64,000 nt of DNA from Planctomycetota bacterium (GTDB lineage: Bacteria > Planctomycetota > B15-G4 > JADJEK01), in the NCBI GenBank assembly GCA_044225365.1, contig JBGAIQ010000003.1, positions 96,001-160,000 of the forward strand. The letters are read 5' to 3'. Made by a program: the position numbers and the translations under genes. Numbering within the stretch: position 1 is the first letter of the stretch; the number at the start of each line of letters is the position of its first letter. Shown here one piece after another: positions 56,030 through 64,000 of this stretch. Under the pieces are notes generated by a model. The model ran no database searches, was not told the DNA's origin, and was given only the letters and a program-made list of their open reading frames with translations.

Positions 56030-57922
56030 ATGTCGAACACCCGTGTCCGCGGCCCCTTCCCTGCCGCGCTGCTCCGAGTCGTCCTCGGCGGAATCGCCTT
56101 GTTCTCGGGGAGCGCGCTCGCCGCGCTCGGCGTCGTCTCCTCGACGCCCGCGAAGAACGCCGTCGGGGTGGCTCCGAATTCGGCCATCGTGCTGAATCTC
56201 AGCCAGCCGATCGATCCGACGACCGTGACCTCTCAGATCGTGCGCGTGATGGGACGCTACAGCGGACCGGCAGTTGGAACGCTCGCCCTCGACGCCGCCC
56301 AGACTCAGATCACCTTCACCCCCACCCGGCCGTTCTTCGTTTCCGAGTGGGTGACCGTCTACGTTTCGAGCGGACTGAAGGCGACGACGGGCGAGACGCT
56401 CACCGGCGGCTTCTATCTCACGTTTTCCATCCTCGGCGGCCAGAGCTCGAAGAACTTCACGCTGACGCAAACCGTCACGTTCAAGCAGCCCGGAGAATCC
56501 CTCATTCGTCTCTACGGCTTCTCCGCCGTCGACATCGACGGCGACGGCAGCCCGGACATGAGCGCCGCGGACGAGTACTCTTCCGATGTCCGCGTTCGGC
56601 TGAACGACGGTTGTGGCCACCCCGGACCGAGCAAGACGGTTCCGCTACCCGCCGGCCAGGAACCGAGTCCGAACGTCGCGGCGGACCTCAACGGCGACGG
56701 CAGGCCCGATCTCGTCACCGGGAACCAGACCGGTGATTCGGTCGCGGTCTTCCTCAACAACGGGCAAGCCAGTTATTCCACGCCGCAGCTCACGAGCATC
56801 GGCGGCGGCTGCCACGGCGTCGCGCTCCTCGACATCGACGCCGATGGTGACCTCGATGTCCTCGCGACGAACCTGAACGACGTACGCGTCCTCAAGAACG
56901 ACGGCCTCGGCCATCTGGCGAATACGGTCGGTTACAACGCGGGCGGCGTCGGCGAGTGGCAGGTCGCCACGACGGACGCGAACCTCGACGGGCGCGCCGA
57001 TGCGTACGTCGCGAACAACGGCAGTGGTTCCATCGGGCTCCTCACCGGGAACGCGAGCGGTGGCCTCACGCTCTCGGCGACGAAATCCGTCGGACCCGGC
57101 GCCTGGGCGGTCGCAGCGGGCGATCTCGATGGCGACGGGGATGGCGACTGCGTCGTCACGAACAACGGAAACGCCACCATCAGTGTGGCGCGCAGCAACG
57201 GCGTCGGTGGCTTCCTCGCGGCGATCAAGAACTACTCGGTCGGCGCACAGCCCGTTTCGGCGCATCTCGCCGATCTCGACGGGGACGCCGACCTCGACCT
57301 TTCGATCGCGTGCTTCGGCTCGGCGAACTGCTACCTGTTCTTCAATCAGGGAGGAACGTTCACGCAGGCGGCGGTCCTGCCCGCGAAGTTCGCGGGCTCG
57401 TGTTCGAGCCTCGTCGACTTCGATCGTGACGGAGACGCCGACGTGATCGTCACCGACGAGCTCAGCGACGAGGCGTACGTGTTCACGCAGGACGGGCCCA
57501 CCGTCGCCAAGGTGCAGTCCCCCACCTGCGAGGCCGCGCTTCGAATCGACAACTACGCCTTGCGCTCCGGATTCGGAACCATTCCCCCGCATCCCGAACG
57601 GATCGGCGGCAACGTCTACGTCGATCTCTCCGGCCTGCCGAACCAGCCGTGGCTCCTCCTCGTCGGAACCGCGGCGACGTATTCGAGCCCGACGGCGCCG
57701 GGCTGGTTCAATCTCTCGTTCAGCTCGCCCTTGGTCTTCCTCGCCTCTGGCTTCTCCGGCGGTCCCTTCGTGACCGACTCGTTCGGTGAGGCTCGCTTCT
57801 CCACGACGTTGCCTTCGCTTCCCGTCGGCCTCGTGTTCACGATGCAGGGAGCCGTCGGCAATCCCGCGAAGTTCGTCGGCGCGTCGTTCACCAACCCCGA
57901 GTCGATCCTCGTTCAACCTTGA
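56030..57922 (+). CDS. Secreted Ig-like (Big_5) + FG-GAP/VCBS repeat protein
   Basis: Signal peptide, VSSTPAKNAVGV, about 7 repeats of DxDGDGxxD type, distinct C-terminal domain. Confidence 0.85.
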   Translation: MSNTRVRGPFPAALLRVVLGGIALFSGSALAALGVVSSTPAKNAVGVAPNSAIVLNLSQPIDPTTVTSQIVRVMGRYSGPAVGTLALDAAQTQITFTPTRPFFVSEWVTVYVSSGLKATTGETLTGGFYLTFSILGGQSSKNFTLTQTVTFKQPGESLIRLYGFSAVDIDGDGSPDMSAADEYSSDVRVRLNDGCGHPGPSKTVPLPAGQEPSPNVAADLNGDGRPDLVTGNQTGDSVAVFLNNGQASYSTPQLTSIGGGCHGVALLDIDADGDLDVLATNLNDVRVLKNDGLGHLANTVGYNAGGVGEWQVATTDANLDGRADAYVANNGSGSIGLLTGNASGGLTLSATKSVGPGAWAVAAGDLDGDGDGDCVVTNNGNATISVARSNGVGGFLAAIKNYSVGAQPVSAHLADLDGDADLDLSIACFGSANCYLFFNQGGTFTQAAVLPAKFAGSCSSLVDFDRDGDADVIVTDELSDEAYVFTQDGPTVAKVQSPTCEAALRIDNYALRSGFGTIPPHPERIGGNVYVDLSGLPNQPWLLLVGTAATYSSPTAPGWFNLSFSSPLVFLASGFSGGPFVTDSFGEARFSTTLPSLPVGLVFTMQGAVGNPAKFVGASFTNPESILVQP

Positions 57923-57960
57923 GTGATTGCGGCGATACACTCGCGCCGTGAGGTGCGAGC

Positions 57961-58806
57961 ATGACGAGATCCGCGGGCACGCGACGCCGAGTCTTCTTCA
58001 TCCATTGGAACACAGCCGAGGCGCGCGAGCGCGTCGCGACCACGCGCGTTCCCGGCTTCACGATCGAATACGAGCCGCTCGAGAACGGAACGAGCAGCGC
58101 GGCGTGGAAGCGGCTGAGGCAGGACCTCCCCGACGTCGTCCTCATCGACCTCTCGCGGTTGCCCTCCCACGGTCGCGAGATCGCACTCGCGCTGCGGAGC
58201 GCGAAGAAGACGTTCTACGTCCCGATCGTGTTCGTCGGCGGTGAGAGGGCCAAGGTCGAAGCGACGCGGGCCAAGGTGAAGGATGCGATCTACTGCGAGT
58301 GGCAAGGCGTCGCCGCCGCGCTCGGCTGCGCCGTCACCGCCCCGCCCAAGCCGGTCGAGCGCCCCAAAGACCTCGGCTCGAGTTCGCCGCTGTGGAAGAA
58401 GCTCGGGATCAAGGAGGGCTCGCGCGTGTTCCTCGTCGACGCACCGGACACCTTCGATGCGGCGCTCGGCGATCTTCCCAAGGCCGTCGCCATCACACGC
58501 GGGAGCGGCGAGCGACACGGCAAGGGCGCGGCGACCTTCGACGTGATCGTGTGCTTCGTGCGCACCCGCGCCGAACTCGCGCTCAAGGTGAAGCGCCATG
58601 AGGAACGCGTCGGTCGCCCGGGAGGATTGTGGATCGCGTGGCCGAAGAAGGCGAGCAAGGTCCGCACCGACGTGACCGAGGACGTCGTCCGCGAGATCGC
58701 CCTCCCCCGCGGGCTCGTCGACAACAAGGTCTGCTCGATCGACTCGACATGGTCGGGCCTGCGCCTCGCTTGGCGCGCCGGGACGCCGCGACCCGTGGTT
58801 CATTGA
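57961..58806 (+). CDS. REC-like + DUF3052 fusion protein
   Basis: PDVVLIDLSRLPSHG..VPIVFV (receiver-like); KKLGIK, GGLWIAWPKKAS, GLVDNKVCSIDSTWSGLR (DUF3052-like). Confidence 0.65.
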   Translation: MTRSAGTRRRVFFIHWNTAEARERVATTRVPGFTIEYEPLENGTSSAAWKRLRQDLPDVVLIDLSRLPSHGREIALALRSAKKTFYVPIVFVGGERAKVEATRAKVKDAIYCEWQGVAAALGCAVTAPPKPVERPKDLGSSSPLWKKLGIKEGSRVFLVDAPDTFDAALGDLPKAVAITRGSGERHGKGAATFDVIVCFVRTRAELALKVKRHEERVGRPGGLWIAWPKKASKVRTDVTEDVVREIALPRGLVDNKVCSIDSTWSGLRLAWRAGTPRPVVH

Positions 58807-58872
58807 ACCTCGAAGGGCTGCTACGATCCGCCCCAGATCGAGGAGTTCGCCCTATTGGATACGGGAGAGGCG

Positions 58873-59670
58873 ATGAGGGTTCGAAGACGAAGCCGATATG
58901 CGATGGTGGCTCGGGGATTCACGATCCTCCTGCTCGCCCTCAATCTCTACGCCCTCTCCCGGCATCCCGAGATGCTCGCGGCGCTGTGGACGCGCGAGAA
59001 CGCCAACGCGACGCTGGTCGAAGCGAACGACGAGCCCGATGTCTACATCTCTCCGGCCTCGATCGAGAGCGACGTCGGCGACGTGCTCGCCACGTCGGCT
59101 CTGCAGTTCCAGGCGTTCACGATCCGAATGAAGCGCCCCTGCAAGCGCTACTCGATCTCGTACGAATGGTATTGCGAGGACAAGCCGCTCTTCGAGCAGT
59201 CCATCACGGACGGCTGGGGTCCGAAGGCGTTCGAGCGACTCGTCTTCGAGTTTCCGGAGATCCCCGAGGGCGACCCGCGACGGGAATTGCCGTTGCGAGT
59301 CGGGATGCGATACGCCGCGACTTCCGAGATCGATCCGATTCAGCGCGCGGTGTTCGATGCTCAACACTCGGGAAAGCCCCTGCCCACCAACGTTCGATCG
59401 AGCGCGTTCGCGAGCACTGCGATGCGGCTTCGCCTCCCTGCCGAACTGACCCTGCCCGACGGAATGACGAACAAACAATGCGGCACCGTGACGATCCAAG
59501 ACGCGCAGGACGTCGTCGATGTCGCGCTCTACACGTACACCTGCGCCGAGGGATCACTTCATTTCGGTCCAGGTATCGTGCCCAGCGGCGAGGGAAGCAT
59601 CAGTCTCGTCCTCCGTCTCCGCCTCGACTTCGAGCCGGCGGCCGCCGGTTCCGCGGCCAGCGAGAAGTAA
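58873..59670 (+). CDS. Hypothetical membrane-anchored protein
   Basis: N-terminal TM, beta-rich remainder; GGAGAGG RBS before ATG 58873. Confidence 0.55.
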   Translation: MRVRRRSRYAMVARGFTILLLALNLYALSRHPEMLAALWTRENANATLVEANDEPDVYISPASIESDVGDVLATSALQFQAFTIRMKRPCKRYSISYEWYCEDKPLFEQSITDGWGPKAFERLVFEFPEIPEGDPRRELPLRVGMRYAATSEIDPIQRAVFDAQHSGKPLPTNVRSSAFASTAMRLRLPAELTLPDGMTNKQCGTVTIQDAQDVVDVALYTYTCAEGSLHFGPGIVPSGEGSISLVLRLRLDFEPAAAGSAASEK

Positions 59671-59850
59671 CGATCTCACGGGGTGGACCGACGAACTCTG
59701 AGGCATAGTGGCAGACGAACGAGCCTGTCCTCGGCGCCGTCCACGCAATCTTCAAAGTCCGCTTCCAGCCCAGTCGACACGCCGGCGTTTCCTGTTCGAC
59801 CTCGCGTCGAACTCGGTAGGATGACGCTTTCCGCCGATTCGGAGGCCGCC

Positions 59851-60357
59851 ATGAACGCCAAGGGATTCCGTGCTCTCGTCGTGCTCGCTGCGCTGGGCGC
59901 CGCGTTCTTCTGGCTGAACCAGACGGCGACGTCGCGCGCGGTCGCGATCGCCAAGACGCACCTCGGAGTGCCGGCGAACCGCATGCTCTTCCTGCGCACG
60001 AGCGTCGCCGACGGCGCCGCGGCCTACCTGACCTACGACGGTGGCGTGCATCAGTTCATCGTGCCGACGGGCAAGGCGTTCATCGTCACCGACGTGCGCA
60101 TCAACACGACCGACATCGGCAACGTGAATGCGAACACGCAAGTCACGATCGATTTCGGCGGACGCAGCTACGTCGCGCAGTTCAAGGGATTCGACACCTT
60201 CCGCGATCACTTCGAGGGCGGCATCGCGGTGCCGGCCGTGCAGAAGATCCACGTGACGAATCAGGGCTTCTCGTCCGACACCGTGAGCGTGGAGGTCGAG
60301 GGATACCTCGTCAACGGCGAGGGCCTCGCGATCAACGAAGTGCCGTTCGGCGGCTGA
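59851..60357 (+). CDS. Hypothetical exported beta-rich protein
   Basis: GGAGG RBS, signal anchor MNAKGFRALVVLAALGAAFFWL, strong GC3 codon bias. Confidence 0.7.
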   Translation: MNAKGFRALVVLAALGAAFFWLNQTATSRAVAIAKTHLGVPANRMLFLRTSVADGAAAYLTYDGGVHQFIVPTGKAFIVTDVRINTTDIGNVNANTQVTIDFGGRSYVAQFKGFDTFRDHFEGGIAVPAVQKIHVTNQGFSSDTVSVEVEGYLVNGEGLAINEVPFGG

Positions 60358-60369
60358 CGGGGCATAAGT

Positions 60370-61350
60370 TCAACGATCGAGGCGGGCGCGCGGATCGTCG
60401 AACCCAGTATCGTTCCACACCTCGCGCACCACGCGGACGATTCCCGCCGTCGTCGCGGCGCGCTCCTGCGCATTCGTCATCCTCCGCGCCGTGCGCCACC
60501 ACTCTTCGAGCGCGCGCCACGCGGTCATGAGCTTGGCGAGGAGGTAGCCGAACTCGCCGTTTCGCCGCTGGAAGTAGCGCGCGCGGTTCTTGTGCCACTC
60601 GAGCGCGAACTCGCCGTAGCGCGACGTCGATGCGCCGCCGTGATGGCGGATGCGCGCCTCCTCGAGGTAGTGGATCGCGTAGCCATGCGAGTGGAGACGC
60701 ACGCAGAGCTCGACGTCGTTGAAGAACAAGAAGAGATCGGGATCGAGGAGTCCGACCTGATCGAGCGCGGCTTTGCGCAGGAGCAGCGCGGCGCCGGGCG
60801 GCTGCTCGACGTCCCGCGAGTGATCGTGGTCGAAATCGCGATAGAAGTAGTGGTCGATGCGGCCCTTCAACGGTCCCTGCTTACCGAACCACGTATCGAA
60901 TCCGATGCACTCGAGGAGGCCGGGAAAGCGCATGCAGGCGCGCTGCAACGTCCCGTCCGGATTCAGCAGCTTGGCGCCCACTGCGCCGTGGTCGGGATGA
61001 CTCCGTAAGAAGTCGACAAGACGATCGAGCGCTCCGGGCTCGACTTCGGTGTCGCTGTTGAGGAGCAGGACGAAGTCACCGCGCGCGGCGCGGATGCCGA
61101 TGTTGTTGCCTTCGGCGTACCCGACGTTCTTGGCATTGCGCACGAGGCGAACTTCCGGGAACTCGCGCGCCACCATGTCGGGACTGTCGTCGCGCGTCGA
61201 GTCATTGTCGACGACGATCACCTCGCGTGCGTGACGGGGCTCGTCGGCGCGCAGGCTCGCGAGGCATGCCCGCAGCAGATCGCGCGTGTTCCACGACAGG
61301 ACGACGACCGAGAGTTCGGGCTTGCCCGGACGATCCGCGTGTGCGCTCAT
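60370..61350 (-). CDS. GT2 glycosyltransferase (WbbL/rhamnosyltransferase-like)
   Basis: SVVVLSWN, VVDNDS, NVGYAEGNN, LLNSD, GAALLLR, FLFFNDVELC. Confidence 0.9.
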   Translation of the reverse strand: MSAHADRPGKPELSVVVLSWNTRDLLRACLASLRADEPRHAREVIVVDNDSTRDDSPDMVAREFPEVRLVRNAKNVGYAEGNNIGIRAARGDFVLLLNSDTEVEPGALDRLVDFLRSHPDHGAVGAKLLNPDGTLQRACMRFPGLLECIGFDTWFGKQGPLKGRIDHYFYRDFDHDHSRDVEQPPGAALLLRKAALDQVGLLDPDLFLFFNDVELCVRLHSHGYAIHYLEEARIRHHGGASTSRYGEFALEWHKNRARYFQRRNGEFGYLLAKLMTAWRALEEWWRTARRMTNAQERAATTAGIVRVVREVWNDTGFDDPRARLDR

Positions 61351-62540
61351 CTCGACCCTCGGAGCTCGAGGTATCGCTCGAACGGAACCGGCCCAAGGGA
61401 GTGGCTCGCCTTCTCGAACGTGACGTAGGCGAGGATCTCGAGCGTCTTGGGATCGAGGAGCCGCACGTACCAGCGCGTCGCCTCGAGCATGCTCCAGCCG
61501 GTCGCGCCGATCGTCGCACTCGTGCCGCGGCCGAGGTGTCCGCCGCAGAACAGAAACGCGGGGTCCGTCGCGATCTCCATCACGTAGTCGCGCTCGCTCT
61601 GCCATGGAGTTGCGGGGATGTCGGGCGGCGAATCGATGCGGCCGAGATCGGTGACCTCGGCGAAGCGCCACCCCTGGCTCTTCGCCGCGCGTTTGCTGGC
61701 ATACGTGTTGGCGAGCGAGAAGAGCTTCGCGCCGAGACCACCCCAGTGCTTCTCGTAGTAGTAGGCGCGTGAGATGTCGTACTTCTTCATCACTTCGACC
61801 CGCGCCGACTTGGCGCTCTGATCGAAGAAATGCACCATCTCCGCGCGCGGCTCGAGCACGACGCGAAATCCCGCTCGCTTCACGCGACGGCAGAGATCGG
61901 CATCCTCGAAGTAGAACGGGAAGTGCGGATCGAACGGTCCGAGACGGCGCGCAACCGCGGCGCGGAAGAACATCGCGAAGCCCGAGATCATCGCCATGTC
62001 GATGGCGCTCGGCGCCGTCCATGCCGCGAGGAAGCGAGTCGATCGATCGTGGGCCGACGCCTTCGCGATCGACGGATGCACTCGTCCGAGCGATTCGCGC
62101 ACGTGGAGTCCGAGTGAGGGCAGATCGTTCGGCGGCAGCAGGATGAACTTGCCCGCGTCGAGATAACCCCGCGGCCCGGCGACGCCGATCCGCGGATCGC
62201 AGCGCAGCAGCTTCGTGAGCGCGTCGAGTGCGCCTTCGAGCACCAGGATGTCGGGATTCGCGAGGAGCACGAATTCGGCGTCGATCCGATTCATGCCGAG
62301 GTTCATGCCGCGGCCGTAGCCGATGTTGTCCTTGCCGTACACGACGTCGACTCCGAGTTCGCGCAGCGAATCGAGCTCCGCGTGCTGATCGGTGGGCGAA
62401 GCATTGTCGACGACGACGATCTGCAGCGAGCCCTGTCCGCCGTCGCGCCCCTCGAACTCCTGGGCCCGCAGGCTCCGCACCGCGGAGGCGGCGAGCCATC
62501 CCGAGTTGTAGTTGACGAGGACGACGCCGACGTCGTGCAC
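61347..62540 (-). CDS. GT2 glycosyltransferase with C-terminal extension
   Basis: VVLVNYN, VVDNAS, NIGYGRGMN, ANPD, YFEDADLC. Confidence 0.88.
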   Translation of the reverse strand: MHDVGVVLVNYNSGWLAASAVRSLRAQEFEGRDGGQGSLQIVVVDNASPTDQHAELDSLRELGVDVVYGKDNIGYGRGMNLGMNRIDAEFVLLANPDILVLEGALDALTKLLRCDPRIGVAGPRGYLDAGKFILLPPNDLPSLGLHVRESLGRVHPSIAKASAHDRSTRFLAAWTAPSAIDMAMISGFAMFFRAAVARRLGPFDPHFPFYFEDADLCRRVKRAGFRVVLEPRAEMVHFFDQSAKSARVEVMKKYDISRAYYYEKHWGGLGAKLFSLANTYASKRAAKSQGWRFAEVTDLGRIDSPPDIPATPWQSERDYVMEIATDPAFLFCGGHLGRGTSATIGATGWSMLEATRWYVRLLDPKTLEILAYVTFEKASHSLGPVPFERYLELRGSR

Positions 62541-62542
62541 GG

Positions 62543-63763
62543 TCAGAGGTCCCGAAAGGTCCAGCCGTGGTTCAGCTTGAGGACGCCGACGTTGCCCGGC
62601 TCGGGCTTGATGACGAGCGGCCGGTCGTAGAGGCGATGCTCGTAGATGTGGAGTCCGCTCTCGTCGTAGATGTACGCGTTCACCGAGAATTCGCCGTCGA
62701 GCAGGTCGAGCTGCGGAATGTCGATCAACGCCTCGTGCGTCTTGCCCGGCGTGCAGGGCACCTTCACGCCGTCGTGGCCCGAACTCGCGGCGGCGATGAG
62801 CACGTTGTCGGAGCGCCAGATCGCGAAGCCGACGTTGATCGGACGCTTCCACTCGAGCGGAACCGTGTAGTGGATTCGGACTCTCAGTTTCGCACCGGTC
62901 GAGATCACGGAGACGGGAGTACCGTCGACCCCGAGCATCTCGACGAGATCGATCTTCGGAGGATGCTCCACGTTGGCCATCGTCGCGCCGCCCTTCAGCG
63001 CGCTCGAATCGTGGATCAGGCTGCGTTCGTAGTTCGCGTAATCAGCCGTGATCTCGAGCGGCGAGCCCATGCGCTCGACCTTGCCCTGCTTCACCCAGAT
63101 CACTTCGTCGCAGATCTGGCGCACGTCGTACATCGAGTGCGAACAGAAGATGATCGTCTTGCCGCGCTCGCGGAAGTCGAAGATGCGATCGATGCACTTC
63201 TTCTGGAAGTGCATGTCGCCGACGGCGAGGATCTCATCGATGATCAAGACGTCGGGATCGATCGCCGTCGCGACCGAGAATCCGAGGCGCATGATCATGC
63301 CCGACGAATAGGTTCGGACCGGTTGATCGATGAAGTGGCCGAGCTCGGTGAACTCGATGATCTGATCGAGCTTCTCCGCCGTCTCGCGGCGCGAGAAGCC
63401 CATGACCGATGCGTTGAGGAAGATGTTGTCGCGGCCCGTGAACTCGCTGTGGAAGCCGGTGCCGAGTTCGAGGAGCGAAGCGACCTTGCCGTGGATCTTG
63501 AACTCGCCCTCCGACGGCAGCGTCGTGCCGGAGAGGATCTTGAGCAGCGTCGATTTGCCGGCGCCGTTGCTGCCGACGATACCGAGCGCGCGCCCCTGCT
63601 GGATCTCGAAGTCGACGCCGCGCAGGGCCCAGACGGCCTTGTGATAGTCCTTCTTGCCGAAGGCGAGCCCTTCCTTGATGCGGGCGAAGGGCGTGTCGTA
63701 GATCTTGTACTTCTTGCCGATGCCGCGGGCGATCACGGCATTGCCATTCGAATCAGAGCTCAT
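62543..63763 (-). CDS. wzt: Polysaccharide ABC exporter ATPase with Wzt C-terminal domain
   Basis: GSNGAGKST, LLELGTGF, YSSGM..RLGFS, IDEILAVGD..FQKKC. Confidence 0.92.
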   Translation of the reverse strand: MSSDSNGNAVIARGIGKKYKIYDTPFARIKEGLAFGKKDYHKAVWALRGVDFEIQQGRALGIVGSNGAGKSTLLKILSGTTLPSEGEFKIHGKVASLLELGTGFHSEFTGRDNIFLNASVMGFSRRETAEKLDQIIEFTELGHFIDQPVRTYSSGMIMRLGFSVATAIDPDVLIIDEILAVGDMHFQKKCIDRIFDFRERGKTIIFCSHSMYDVRQICDEVIWVKQGKVERMGSPLEITADYANYERSLIHDSSALKGGATMANVEHPPKIDLVEMLGVDGTPVSVISTGAKLRVRIHYTVPLEWKRPINVGFAIWRSDNVLIAAASSGHDGVKVPCTPGKTHEALIDIPQLDLLDGEFSVNAYIYDESGLHIYEHRLYDRPLVIKPEPGNVGVLKLNHGWTFRDL

Positions 63764-64000
63764 CGGCGAACCTCCCCTTCGTGCGCAGGTAGAAGGCGTA
63801 GCCGGGGAGGAAGGTGACGATCGCCATGGCGCCGAACACGATCGCGGACACGAAGGGCGAGACATGCCCGTCGAGGCTCATGTCGTTCGGGTAGACGAGC
63901 GCGAAGCGGTAGAGCTCCATCAAGTGGTAGATCGGATTGATCTGGATGAGCCACGCCTTCTCACCAAGGCTGTCAGTGATGAGCGAGGCCTGATACACGA
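63753..64000 (-). CDS. wzm: Polysaccharide ABC exporter permease (3' end; runs off window)
   Basis: INPIYHLMELYR, C-terminal FLPGYAFYLRTKGRFADEL. Confidence 0.85.
   Translation of the reverse strand, partial: VYQASLITDSLGEKAWLIQINPIYHLMELYRFALVYPNDMSLDGHVSPFVSAIVFGAMAIVTFLPGYAFYLRTKGRFADEL

Noticed and set aside
1-64000. High frequency of TCGA/CGATCG words
   Set aside because: Appears uniform and consistent with codon usage (ATC/CTC/GTC followed by GA); not quantified and not a local feature.

Overview
High-GC bacterial DNA, probably Planctomycetota (inferred from a giant membrane-anchored ECF sigma factor, a kinase-FGE fusion, an FG-GAP protein and AFTLIELL pilins). From left to right: a partial PIG-L deacetylase; an 11-gene type II secretion/type IV filament-like cluster with two large paralogous pilins and a Fur-box-like palindrome over an internal promoter; two DUF3592-M48 peptidase paralogues with a duplicated promoter; a glycoside hydrolase; a Cys-rich membrane protein; an orphan Rpn C-terminal fragment; a 1036-aa ECF sigma; a divergent GNAT pair; an ABC/lipocalin (AttEFGH-like) operon; a REP-like cluster; and a pseudokinase-kinase-FGE protein. 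At about 33.9-49.5 kb lies a general-stress-type island (CsbD, DUF1328, DUF883, DUF3309, PRC barrels, AI-2E, hybrid kinase, degenerate kinase, sigma54 activator). Its transcription units carry sigma54 -24/-12 motifs and a shared upstream box, GTTYCTACAAA. After it come prfC, an Rrf2-led sulfate ABC operon, secreted proteins, and a wzm/wzt/GT2 glycan cluster cut by the window end. The best candidates for undescribed systems are the sigma54-wired stress regulon and the putatively iron-repressed filament/secretion system. No rRNA, tRNA or CRISPR array was seen. All family calls come from motif recognition by eye; no database searches were run.
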